A DNA stretch of 64,000 nucleotides. Origin: Bugula neritina. Taxonomy: Eukaryota; Animalia; Bryozoa. The stretch is from positions 23,807,504 through 23,871,503 of the forward strand of contig OZ037765.1 of the NCBI GenBank assembly GCA_964035545.1, given 5' to 3'. Below are positions 27,401-40,358 of the stretch, piece after piece (position 1 is the first letter of the stretch; every line of letters starts with the position of its first letter). The translations under genes and the position numbers were made by a program. The notes beneath the pieces are model-generated. The model was not told the DNA's origin, ran no database searches, and worked only from the letters and a program-made list of their open reading frames with translations.

Positions 27401-30400
27401 CACACAGACTCTCCCACCTGAGGCTGACTTATAAAGTCTTGAGCTGTTGTCATCTACAACACATCATACCACACTTACAGTCAGCATTGGCTGGCAGCAC
27501 GAGCACTGATTGAGCCTTTCACTTGAGGCAGACACTTGGTGAGTATGTAGTATCCAATTCACTTCTCATAACCAATTAATAGATGGAAAGAATATCCATT
27601 TAGACTATATGGATATGAAAAATAGCATGAACTGCCCACACAAGAAACTATACAATGAAAAGGTGTCATACTTTCATAGTTTTCAGTCAAATAATCCAAT
27701 TTGGCCGAGTAAAATTTTTTACTGAGTTGCTATCGCTTTACGGGTACATCTTCAGTATACAGCTTACAAGAATGAGCTATTAGTTTCCAATATTTACTCA
27801 AAAACTTACTAATACAGTGTTGAATAAAACTTCAGCAATTCAAGTATAAGTTTTAAGCCGAGTAAACCTATTAGCTATCGCTTTCATTATTGTTTTTATG
27901 TGATTGAAGTCTCAATCTGTACCTATTTTTAAAGGTGAAAAAGTGAACTTGTACATAAATATATGATTTCAGCGAATTTTATTGAAGCAATAAAAGTGTG
28001 GTCAATGGAATTAAATTAACGGAAACTCTGCACTTTTTCAGTGACGATATAAACGCACCATTACCCTTGTATCAGGATATAACAATATAACTGATACATT
28101 AAACGCCTACGCCACCCTGTAAATGCATCGGACCAACCTGTTTGCTGTAGTATTCGTTGATGTCACTCATCAGTTCTTGCAGTATGGCATAGGCAGGGCC
28201 TACTTTCTGCACATAGAAAGTGCCATCTCTCTCCACATAGGTTAGCAGGGCATCAATGCTCTGTTGAGGCTGTAACAGTGGAGAACTACACTTAGACACG
28301 TATATTTATCTCTACCACAGTAATATGAGCTAAGTATATCTGCACACTACTCTACATCTATACACTACTCGTAGGACAACTAGGTGTGTGCCCCGAGTAC
28401 ATCTACACTGATACTTACCTCTGGTAACACCGGCTTCAGCTTATAATGTGTGACTAGTTTACCAATTTCCTTGTTAATTTCAATATCGTCTTCACCGGTT
28501 GTATCAAAGAGTACTACATGAGGAATGTCTTTTTCTACTGAAATCAACTAAAACAGACAAGAAAGTATAACTGCAAGAATACCACCTTGTGGCACACATA
28601 GGCGCACTACAAGGGTTTCGCTTTACCATCTTTTTATTAGAGTGACTTCTAAGCTAGCTGGTTTAACTAAGTTGATACTCTGTAAATGTGATTGGAAAAG
28701 CACAGTTCTGAACGAATTTCTACTCGTACTTCACAAACCCAAAGAAATGTTGGTCGATTATAGTGCAGTCATCTTATAGAACACAGATTTCACATTTTAC
28801 TATCAGCAACTCAGCTTAGACAGAGTAGAACTGTTACCTGGTGTTACTCCAATCAATTAATAAACTGCCAAAAATATTCAAATAAATGATTTTTCCCAAT
28901 TTTAAATTCAATTCACCGATCTGACCATCATATTTCCAGCGTAAACCAAAACACCCTCCCCACCACTGCTTACTTGAGCAATAAGAGTTTTAGTTGAGGT
29001 CATCTCCTCAAGCGCGTCTATCATCTCCCCATCAGTATCATCTTCTATCAGCTCAAGACCATAGAGTGAGCACAGACGAGTCTGTTAACAGAAATGAATC
29101 ACCAACTGCTACTACAGCATATAGCTGATCTATTACACAATATAATGTTTGATTAACAAGAAACCTCTCATTATTACAGGTAAAGTTGACTGTGTAATTA
29201 CAGGGTGGTAAGTGACAGCGGGTCTAGAAACTTCCAGTTGCTGCTTCGTGGAATCCACATGAAATTACTTTTAAAATTGCCATTGAAAATTAAGTACACA
29301 TTTTATGGTGAAACTTTTATCGATAATATATTACAAAAGTGATACCAATTCTTGAGAAACAGCACTGCTTTGCATTGAGTCACAGTGAAGTTAGAAGTTT
29401 AAAACACAACACAAACCTGATAAGGAATTAACCGATGTTCGTTTGTGATGTCATACAAGTGGACCCGTTGCACATTGCTGATGCTGCCATAGTCTATGAA
29501 CTCACATTCAACTGTCTGGCAAATAACACAAAATAACGCTGTTAGCCTTAAAGAGAAAGACATAGAAGCAAACTAATAACTCATACAGCCAGGTGTGGCA
29601 ACAGGGACATGCTGCTCAAAGCAGAGTAAGTTTGTCAGTATAAACTTTCTTCTCATCAACTTACATCTTTATCTACCATTTCCTTGGTTCTCACTCTATG
29701 CCATGCTTCTCCGTCTTCATCCACCGTGTAGGAGATGTACAGGTTACCAATATCTAGGAGAGATATCGGTTTCTTACCTCCATAAACAGAGCTAGCTTCT
29801 GCAGCAAACTGAGTGAAATCAGGCTGCAACACAAACAGAAGAGTCAGTTAGCTTCAACAACGCACACTGATAGATATAACACACCGTATACAATAACAGC
29901 AGACATTTCTGAAGTTTCAAACATAGTGTAGACAAACAGCAGCCCACAACGCCTCAAATTTTCACACGCCGAAAGCAATATATAATTAAAAGCAAGGTCA
30001 GAGCTGATAGGAGTTCACAGTATATTTTGAACTATGTCAGATGCGATACTATAATATATGCATCTAGAGGTCAATAACTTACAGTTTCTCTGTTAATTCT
30101 GAGGAAAACCATGGAAGATGACAAAACGTGGGTGACTAGGACTGACCAGAAGGGATCTTCTGGAATTTCGTGTTCCCCTACAATAATAGACCAGCAGAGT
30201 TTATAGGTTGTTTACTGCTGTGTTATGGATCAGCTGAAGTAGCTTAATGAGGCAAACAATTTTAGGGGAATGTTACCTAAAACCATAATGGTGTAAAGGA
30301 GAGCTTAAATGTATAAATGACTAGCAGAATGAAATTTAACACGAACTATAATCATTCATATAATTTAGTGAATAGCAATTCATTATTAAAAGTTTGAACG

Positions 30401-33400
30401 AAAAAAAATCAGACAATTATGTTGTTAGCTTGTTAGCTTGCCATGATTTACCACATAAATAGATACCTCAACTAACTCACTAACTCATACATAAACTACT
30501 AACTTTACCATACCTGGTTGAGATTCACTTATGGAAGTATGAGAACCTAAAGAAAAAGTAAACAGTTTGAAAATAATGAATTCTGCCTTTTATCAATAAG
30601 AGATACATCTAACACAGAATCAATGTTCACACTAGCCCACTTGACAAATATGCTGTATTGAACATATTCAGTAAACACTAACCGTTGACTTTAGAGCTGG
30701 AGCTTTGATTGTGCTGATTGAAGGAAACCGGGGACGGAGAGGATTTAGAGGACGGTGTGTAAGCCTGGGTAGCTGGAGCAGTGTTGGGCGTGAAAGTCGC
30801 CTGAACTGGTGGAGCAGGTTTCACAGGTGAATTAGATTTAGTGTAGTCAATAGACTCATCACTGTCTTCCCACTCGGCTATTCCCAAGCTGACTAGCTTC
30901 TGATTAATACATACTTTAGTGTTGCTGTCATACAAGATAACTGCACAGACGCCACCTGCAGCATTAACACATGGCTAATAGTCACAACTCCTTGCTAAAT
31001 CATGACAGACACTAAAAACTCCAAGTCTTTGTTGACTACTTGGAATAATTTTGAATGACTGTTTGCAAAATAAATTACTTACAAAATTGGTTACAGGCTT
31101 CAACCATTGCTATGTATTTGTCTTATATTCTATATTTACTTAAATAAACCAAAACGATTTACTAACCTACTTTTTACACGTTCATAAACTTAACTTAGAT
31201 AAAGAAAAAAATATAAACTTTGACACCAGTAAGGATCAGCAGTTCTTCCGGTTATTTCAACAGTTTAAAACCTGTATTGCTACAATCCACAGTGGGCACA
31301 GTTAATGTGTATTGATATACACCTACAGAGAAGTTATCTTACCTATGCATGACTGGCAAACTAGAGTGAGAGTTACATTTTTGGTAAGAGAGCTAAACTC
31401 TTGGGCCAACAGGTTGAATTTTTTGCTGGTGACATTATACAAAGTGACAGGTATAGCCTGGGCAGGCTCCTTGGTTAAACTTGTATGCAGCGGATGTAAC
31501 GTCTCCAGTGGCTTGTTTTCAAAATTACCAAAGTCCATGAAAAACACCTTAGCCTGTTGGAAATTTACAACTTACCATCAAAATATGAATTTTATTGAAC
31601 ATAGAAAACATAAAAATGCAAGAGCAAAATTGACATAAAAATTGTTGGCAAAATAGTGGCAAATAGTATGATGATTGATGAAATAAGAAACAGAATGAGA
31701 GTTTAAGAGAAGTAAGTTCAGAACAGCAAAAATATTGAAACCAGTGTCTTGTCTAGCCGTGCACACGCCTACACTCACCATAGAGGAGAAATCTGTATCC
31801 GTAACAACCGCCCGGTTCCAGGCATCATAAGCCAAGTCTTTCGTGGCACAGACACAATTCTTCACAATATTTTTGGATGCCCTATTTTTCTAAAAAAAAC
31901 AACAAGTTGCCCATACACACTGATCACTTTGTGATACTGGTAGAATATATTTAATTTTTTCTTTCAATAAACCATCAACCAATTATGATTAGAGAGTCAT
32001 CCAATCAAACAAAACATGAAAATGCTTCACAATAGATAAAACAAGATTTAATATGATTGAAATGATTTAATATGCATGAAAGTGTATATTAAATAGTGAT
32101 TCCAAATTCACACACCATAGAAGGCGAGTTAATGATGTCCACTACAGATAATGAAATGACTTTTTGCAAAAGTTCTAATAGATTCAGCTAAGCAATAATA
32201 GAATTTTTTGAGACTAGTTATATGTAGCCCATCCCTGCTACTCACTGTATTGGCGTAGCACTCATTTAGCTGTGTCATAATCTCATTAATACGACTATCA
32301 GTCCTGTGCACATAGATAGTCTTCATCTTTGGATCCACATAAGAGATGCACACGTCAGCTTCCTCTCTGATAAAAATAGTAACCATCACAGAACAATTTT
32401 AAAACTAGAAAATATTTATTGTAACAGTGTATATACAGTTTAAAACCTGAATTGCTACAATCCACAGTTACTGTTATTTGGATATAACATATATATTAAT
32501 TAGTTGAAGATTATGAATTAGCAACTTCTGTTGAAGAATAGGGGCAGCACTTTATTAAAAAACCTCTTTGTAAATTATAGATTGATGTAATACTTTTCAT
32601 GAGCAAAATAAATTAGATTGTACAGTAAATAATAAAAAAGGTGTAATTGTAATGTAACAGGTTAACAGGTGAGTGTTTGGTAAACTAGCCAACCACTATA
32701 ACCAAACAAGCAGAGGGAACTATAAATAGATCTGAGTATGACACATCTGTTTATATTTAGATCTGATTAGCCCTTATTCATTGTTCTAAGTAGATAACAG
32801 CAAGTTAAATGGATATTACACAGTTAGACTGAGACTGGGTCAGAGAAGATGCATGTGTTGGGGTCATAGGTAGACTCACCCGACATAGAAGATGTTGGGA
32901 GACTGTATCTCCCCTGGAAACTCTGATGGTTTCGCAATGGAGGCTGATAAGGAGACACTTTTTGGTGGTGCTGGATATAGCAAGATCTTACCGTGCCTAA
33001 AACATTGCAAGGAGGTACTTTGGTGTACTCATAACTGATAGCATAATGTGCTAGGCTGTATATTGCCATAACTGAAAACAAGGACTTTTCTATTTCTATC
33101 AATTTCAATAAACTCTTTAATGCAAACTTAGCCACTTGTAGAATGAATAAACTTTCACATTAATTTAAATGTTCAACTGTTCAGTACCTCCCTCAGTAAA
33201 GTATTTCTAGTAGGAACTGCATGGAAAATATAACACACTATTAAGTAGAGTTCCAGTAGAATTTTAGCTAGTAGCACATTACACACACTGCAGTACACTA
33301 GCATTCACATCCTATCAGATCAGCACACTCAAACATAGAGCTTCATATTTAAGCACAAACGGATGCAGCTCCTAAAATCTAATAGTGATAAGGCAAGCAC

Positions 33401-36253
33401 TAAATATTCATTCTAAACCTGGGCTGGGCTAAAGTGGTTGAAAATATTCAAAGGTACCAGCCAATAACATTAGCGGCTGCGGTTGACTCACTTACAAGTG
33501 TTCTGGCATAACCAAGTCCGTCCAGCCTACAATATAATCCAGGTATTCAGGGGGTAAGTTGGCCCCCACAACCCCCAGATACATATCGGAGAGGAGGTGT
33601 AGCCAGATACCAGATGGGTATATTTTTAGCAACTTTTTTATACCGTCTCTTACTTCTGCTTCACTTTGCTTCCTGTTTGGATCACGAGGGACTAAAAACA
33701 AATTCACATTTTAGCTCATCCTAGTAATAGAAAGTTAGAAGATGAACCACCTGATGGCAGATCTTGTGGTTAGACAGCCACCCTGTGACTACAATTAGTT
33801 TCTAATGAAAAGTTGAGTTACTAAACTTAGCACTGACTGTAGGAATACATTCAACAGCAGAGCTATATTAGCCAAATGATAAGTGTAGAAATATTTTTTA
33901 ATATGAGCGTATATGACACATGACACCATTTATATGACATGCGACACCATATACCTAGGTATTAATACTAAATTAGAGAGATCTTAAGATGAACCAGAAC
34001 ATACTGACACAAAAATAAAATGAAAGGCAATACATATAAATCCAATAGCTTGCTCTTTTTCAATTTTTTTTATTTTTCTACATAAAACAGTTTATGTAAA
34101 AGCAAATAATTTATTGTTCAAATAGTCAACAAACTTAGTAAAATTACAAGTATAATTCATTTTAAATAAACGGTGTACACATTGCTCAGAAACATTTTAA
34201 TTAGGATGACCCTTGTCATATGCCATAAACATTTCATCAACCTTTTCAGTTCAGTAGTACATTACACTGCACTGGAAGTTGTAACATGAACTATCTGAAT
34301 GCTATTATCTCACTGTATTTTTTTGAGAAAAAAATGCCAACAACCAAATAAATTCTACTGCATGTTTATTATGAAATTACAAACCATTTATTTACATTAC
34401 AGAGTAAATTATTGCCATTTCCCAATAAAATATTTTCCGTTACTATCTAGTGATAGTTCTTAATTTGTTAAAACTCAACCATCAACTGTTCCAACACTGA
34501 AGCTTTACGAGATATGGTAATATATTTCAAGAATGATTGTAACCAACATTAGTTCCCGGTAGGCAGAGTTCACTAACCTGTAACCTTTGGAATCACAACA
34601 GGTTTCTCCTTCTTTCCCTGAGGTTTTCTAGCTGGCCTCTGCTGAGAGCTGTGAACAGGATGGTTGGTATAAGATACTTGAGGTTGAGAATAGGATGCGG
34701 GTTTGGACCTGGTGTTGTACTTATGATAACCTTTATATCTGTCAAGAAGCATACATAGATAACACATGGCCTATGTCATGTTTACATAGCAACTATCATC
34801 ATTATTATTTGTATTTATTATAACACCAACAGAGAATAAGTATAAAACTAGACATTCAACGATAAAGCTTAGCTATAGTTGACAGATACAGATACTAAAA
34901 TATACTCTGATAAAACTTTCTCAACTGCAAAAGCTGAAAGTGATCATCTTTCTAAGTAATGGCCGTCATATCAGCCATAGAAATCACATAAAATATTACT
35001 CAAGCAAAAGCAGACCAACTTACGTGGAATACGAAGAGGGAACATATTTGTGTGAAGGTCGGAAGCTGTAGTTGTTTTTTGGCTTACGATGAGTATACTG
35101 CAACATACATAAACACTTTGTTTATATTATTTTCTGATGAAATTAAGTCCCTTTCATTCACATCTGAAGTAAATCGGTGATATTATCAACTTGATTTTTA
35201 GAAAGATATTGGAAAATACATTTTACAAAAATCCGTTCTACCAGTAATAAAGCTGAAGGATACAAATTGTAAACATGTACAATAAGCTCCGTAAAAATAT
35301 ACAGGTACAGTACACATCATAATAGCAAAAATTAAATAAAAGTGCTACTAAGCTTTATTTAGACAACTCTAAACTTTGAGACTTCAAATAACATTTCAAA
35401 TAAAATGTAAAAAAAGCAAAAATAACTGAAGCAACACTTAGACAGCTCTATACAGGCATACAGCCAATTTACCGCAATGTTAGCAATTTCAAAATGACCC
35501 AAAACCTAAGAAATACTAGTTGAAGGTAATTAGCCCATTAATTGTGTTAAGAAAAAACTTGACCACATCAACTTGAGTAAAGCCTAAACTTTTTTAAGAA
35601 AGTAAGGCACAATGTGTATTAGTAAAAAACAATTGTAAATGTCATACCGAGCTAAACTTAGCGGTTTTTCGACTTTTCGGCTTTTTAGATTTCTGATGAG
35701 CTACCAGTTCAGCGATGTGAGCCGTAGATTCATCTGCTACAGCTTTGTACACTTGAGCACCGGTTTTGTCACTGCAAAATATTCCACACACCAAAACTTT
35801 AATAATAAAACATTAATTTCTAAAGAAGAATTAAAAATCTTCTGTTATCTAGCACTTTTATTTATGAAATTAAAAGTATGGGATTTAGTACACCTGCTTC
35901 ACACATCGACCTAAATGTGACCTAATTCATACCTTTTTCGGATATTTTAAAAAAAATTTGAATTGGTCCATCTCACGTTTTTTAATAGTATAAATGAGTG
36001 ATAGTGACATAAAGAAGACTTTTGGGGCTTTTAACAAAAATGTGACATACTAAGCCTTTCTGCAAACATCTGGTATTCTACTCAGAAGGTCATCTAAAGA
36101 AGAGAAGCCAAGTTGTTTGAAAGGAATAGATGAGCCCATCAACTCTCGGTGGTCCTTTTCTAACATGAAGGAGTTGAGCCCTTCTTTGACACTTAGTAGA
36201 AGACTCCTAATGGTCTTTTTAGTGTTTTCTAACAGCTTTTCAGTATCCACCAT
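24412..36253 (-). CDS. TDRD7: Tudor domain-containing protein 7-like (LOTUS/OST-HTH x2 + ~4 extended Tudor units; Tapas/TDRD7 type), 26 coding exons
   Basis: Exons 36253-36051, 35771-35648, 35097-35024, 34738-34578, 33691-33496, 32996-32880, 32366-32246, 31889-31779, 31553-31343, 30955-30683, 30546-30514, 30177-30083, 29823-29665, 29515-29417, 29081-28974, 28547-28419, 28269-28138, 27453-27337, 26972-26769, 26468-26371, 26260-26160, 25887-25667, 25443-25279, 25189-25073, 24985-24868, 24656-24412, all in phase. N-terminal eLOTUS (IRSLLLS..IPFKQLGFSSL..YKAVADESTAHIAELVAHQK); second LOTUS (YPSGIWL...ILLYP); Tudor motifs WNRA..FFMDFG, WHRV..FIDYG, WYRA..FKDYG, WYRV..FVDYG. Multiple Tudors favour TDRD7 over TDRD5. 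Confidence 0.85.
27196..27310. repeat. ~44-bp degenerate tandem repeat (~2.5 copies)
   Basis: aatgcactacatagttttaactactccatgtgcgctgtagagatc / aatgaactagcagtattaactacttcatgtgtactgtagatgtc / aatgcactagtactatcaactact. Confidence 0.7.
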
Positions 36254-36726
36254 ATTGAATAGCTAAAAAATTCTAATAGAATAGTTAAAACTACCAGAGT
36301 GAAAAGGTATAGCTGAAAATATTATATCTGCTATTTAATTGCCTCTAATACAGCAAGATTTATTTAGAGTATTTTGCTGGTGATTGCCTAGACTCTGGGT
36401 ATATTTTATTTTTCAGACATGTCAATAAAAATCCTCCTCTCTAAAAATGTTGACTATAATGAAAAATGAACATAACCTCAACTTTTTATTGCCTATCTGT
36501 GATTTATATCAATAGTAAGGGTGGTCAGTTACAGCACCAATAAAAATACACCATGCAATTTTAGAACAAAGCTATTTAGCAAAACTTGTGAAGGTAGAAT
36601 GCATCATTCAGCAGTATTTACAATGCTAAATAAAAAGACAAAAAAGATGGGCGATATAAATTGTTATACAACTATTCTTATCGTAAAGTAATAAACTAAA
36701 TTTGTGGCTTTATACAATGTTACACA

Positions 36727-37206
36727 GGTTACTGTTGTTTCATACACAAGTCATTTCATATACAAGTCATTTCATATACAAAATGGTTGTTTTGTACACA
36801 AACTGCTATCCATTTCGTACACAAAATAAATAATAGATTATAGTAGATAACTACTTGAATGATACTAGTTTACTTATTTATTGCATCCCAGCTCTCTTTT
36901 TCTTCCAGCATGTTTTTAAAACAAAACAACTATTACTTATGTGCTGCCATCTACTGACAACATCAATATGAATACCTAAACTAAAAGAGCAGTTACCCCT
37001 TAGCACCTACATATCACAATACTAAATAAGCATGCGGTGAAATGTAATGTGCAAGTTATTAAATGAATATTTGTAAGCAGTACTGTATGACTCGTACCTT
37101 AAATATAAATATAAAAATAGGTATTTTAGTTTATTTATATTGATGTGTACGAAACGACCTGAAAAAGTGGGTATGAAACAACTTGAGTACAAAATGACCT
37201 GCACCC
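36727..37206. mobile_element. Non-autonomous Mutator-like (MULE-type) MITE with repeated subterminal motifs and 9-bp TSD
   Basis: Flanked by the direct repeat TGTTACACA (36718-36726 and 37207-37215). Ends are GGTTAC... and ...GCACCC; GTCATTTCATAYAC-type units recur in inverted orientation at both ends. Confidence 0.7.
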
Positions 37207-37619
37207 TGTTACACAATACTATGACCTAAGATTTAATCAACATATAGCTGAAAAATTAAAAAAATGAGCAGGGTGTTGGGAGCTATTGACTATTTTTTAT
37301 TGGAAACCTACCAACAGTAGGTTGCTGGCAAATACCAGCGGGTATTGACCAATTTTGCAATTTGCAAATATTTTAGGAAATCCAGCAGGTTACGGATATC
37401 CAGTGAGATGCAGTCTACTTAATCAGCAAGTTTAAGTCTAAAAATACTACATAAGCTAGACACTTTCTTGATTTGGCATGACTCAAAATTTGCTGACACT
37501 ATCATCACACATTGCTCTACAGTCTAAAAATACTCATACTGCAAGATGAAGGCTTTAAAAATTGGTAAATGGCAACTATATGCTAAAAGTTAGGGTTGCA
37601 TTTGACCTTGCTGATAGTG

Positions 37620-38220
37620 CAAGACAGTAACTGACAGTAACTGAGTAAATTAAGTGAAGTGAATTACTACTCGGCAGATTGCAACTGCAAGATACTATAA
37701 CTATAACTATTTAATTCTACTTTTAACAAAAACTGTATCACAACCAACAAAGACATTATTGATTATGGATAACAATTAGAACTACATTGTAATTGAAATT
37801 ATGATTATCATTATGACTATGATCAAACTTGATATTAAAAATAATTAATAAATAATTAAATTAATAATAATATAAAATAAATATTTATATAATAAATATA
37901 ATGAATAAAATATCAATATTAATATATTCAATTTTATAACTATAATAATATTAATATTAAATTTAATGATTATCATTATAATAATTAAACTTAATAATAA
38001 TGGTATAAATATTGATATAACTAAAAGATAATCATTATGATTGTCAATTTTAAATTCAGCTTTAAAATCAATTTAATTTTAATTATGATGACTAATGACT
38101 AGTCTAATGAGTCATTGAATTTGAAAGTCATCGACTTTGTGTGACAATATGATATATCAATTTGAATATTAATATCGATATTCGATAGACTATAACTATA
38201 AGTATATCATAATCTAAAAG
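37620..38220 (-). repeat. AT-rich 6-bp-periodic low-complexity tract in the TDRD7 5' region
   Basis: attgta-attgaa-attatg-attatc-attatg-actatg (~37786-37821); (actata)n; gacagtaact x2. Confidence 0.75.
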
Positions 38221-38319
38221 TTGCAGCACATCTTAAAGTATAAAACATCGTGCATATTCGATTAGTAAAATGCAATAGTTGAAAATACTAATTTTCATCA
38301 AATTTTACATTACAACATG

Positions 38320-38480
38320 AGTGAATGTCGCACTCGATGTGAATGCAAGGTCCAATGTTTCGCACACGCTAGGATGTAGGAGACGAACGATGGCCATCAG
38401 CAAATCGCGATGAGCACAATAAATCACCCAATCAGAATCGGAAGTGCACGCTGTAGGTAGTACTCGTACAAGTGAAAGAT
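38320..38480 (-). promoter_or_regulatory. Putative TDRD7 promoter
   Basis: Local CpG cluster ~2.1 kb upstream of the ATG with TCGCGA (38405-38410), CCAATCAG NF-Y box (38428-38435) and CGGAAGTG ETS site (38439-38446). Confidence 0.6.
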
Positions 38481-39923
38481 TGGTGACATGAAGAGGACAT
38501 AACTTCTTATAACACTAGAATAATGTATAGCCTATGCCCTATAGGCTACTGACCTTATAACGCAGAATGTACATAATTGCAATATTGTTATCTGGTTCTG
38601 AAATAAAACTCCTGATATCCAAGCCAAAGTTTATATTGATAGTCATGGGATAAATCACAAAAACAGTTTTAAATTTTAATGCGATGAGCTATTTTAACCC
38701 TGCCCCAGAAATTTGGCCATATCATTATCTTTTTATGACAAGAATTAATAATATTATAGCTTCTGTGCAAATAGCTGCAATGTGCTTTTGGTTATAATTC
38801 TAAGCTTAAATGTTCTATAAAAAGTTTCTAATCTACCAATTAAAGCTGTCTATTTTCAGGCCAACATCTAGGAAAAACACTCTTGTATGTAATTATAACA
38901 AAATAAAAAGTTTTTAAAGTTAGGTATGATACAATTACTTATTATGCAGAGTATAAATTATGTGTAAAATATGTAAAATACTGAAAGGGTTGGAGAACTG
39001 GTGTAGTAAACACTTTTATTTCCAGTAAAAGCCATTTGCGAAATAAGACAAGTCAAGAAAATAAAATTAATTGTTCTGCATTGGTTTTCCATTAGATGTG
39101 GCTTTGTAATTATAAAGTGTAATTTGAAACAATTGAACAAAATAAATATTTTTATAATTGAATGTGTGGCTGTGAATAAATTAGCAAATGGCTCAAAAAG
39201 GAAAACTTTATATTTAAAACCACTACAATAAGTTTCAAAATATTATAGTCTTCATAAATTTTGGTTCAGAATACAGGAATTTTAAATTCTGCAACTACAT
39301 AGCTTCTTTTACAAAATTTTACCTCCAGAATACAAGTTGTCTCATGTTTTTTAATATTACAGTCTACACCTAAAGCATTTCGATTAAACTAAAAGTTTTC
39401 CGTTATGCATATTTAGGCATGTGTGAGAGAGTGCCTAGTGCCTACACGTAATAAGTTTTTGAACTCATTTGTTGTGTTTCTGTAAAGTAATTTAATGCAG
39501 GGAAATGCTTATATAATGATGTTATTTAGTAATACTATCAGTTTAAATTTATTTAACAATAAATTATTTTTCTCAACATTAAAAAATAAAAATGTTTACA
39601 TTTATAATCTGTTAAAATCAAACGCAGTTGTTGGCAATCTGAACTATGTGAATATTTTGTAGCTGTTATAAAATAAAACTTAAAATTTCGCATCAACTTG
39701 TATATCTATTTCAATTTATTGAAACTGATAGGTAACACTATAATGCATTACGTAATGCATGTATCTAACATACCTCTCAAAAAATAATTACAAGAAATGA
39801 TAGAACAAAATAATTTAATATTATTCATAAAACCATTTCAGATATCAAACGACTCAGTAGTTATCTTCTCATAACATGTGAGTTCAGCGCCCATTATTAC
39901 TCCTGTGCAGTATCATGGCTCCA

Positions 39924-40358
39924 TTACATTCCTTTAGTTATTAGGAAGTCTCCAAGATCCATAATGACTGAGCTACCATCATCTTTGTCACTGTTAATTT
40001 TATGCAAACCTACGATGAGAACTTTTGAAGTTCTACATATGGTGGCATGTCTGATTCCACTTTTCAACAAAATACCGTGCTTGCCATCGTTAATGACTAC
40101 ATTATAGTGATGTCCAAACAGGTTAAGAGAAGTGTATCGGGGGTTTTGAGGGTCAGCGAGAGCCTCTATCATATGCGCTGCCTCTCCATCCTGTAAACAA
40201 TTATCTTCGTCAGCATCTTCTGGACTCTGTGCTAACACCCTCCCTCTCATGTTAGATATGCAGCACACATCTATGAGATTTGATTCAATAATAACACTGA
40301 TGTACTCAGCCCATTCTGAAATCTCTTCAAATTTATCATGCAGCAGCAAACAAGGCAT
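39924..40358 (-). CDS. Profilin-family protein (divergent), intronless CDS, 144 aa
   Basis: W-x-x-Y N-terminal helix (SEWAEYI), G-x-V-x-A-x-S, LNLFGHHYNVV, ICRTSKVLIVG and C-terminal LGDFLITKGM follow the profilin pattern. An acceptor at 40378 just upstream of ATG 40358 and a donor at ~40565 indicate a 5'UTR intron. Confidence 0.8.
   Translation of the reverse strand: MPCLLLHDKFEEISEWAEYISVIIESNLIDVCCISNMRGRVLAQSPEDADEDNCLQDGEAAHMIEALADPQNPRYTSLNLFGHHYNVVINDGKHGILLKSGIRHATICRTSKVLIVGLHKINSDKDDGSSVIMDLGDFLITKGM

Noticed and set aside
28113-29207. caccctgta / tacagggtg Tc1-mariner-like ends
   Set aside because: They face outward, enclose real exons, and share no extended TIR similarity.
32824-33135. 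103-aa ORF inside TDRD7
   Set aside because: Wrong frame; the in-phase exon is 32996-32880 (HGKILLYPAPPK...).
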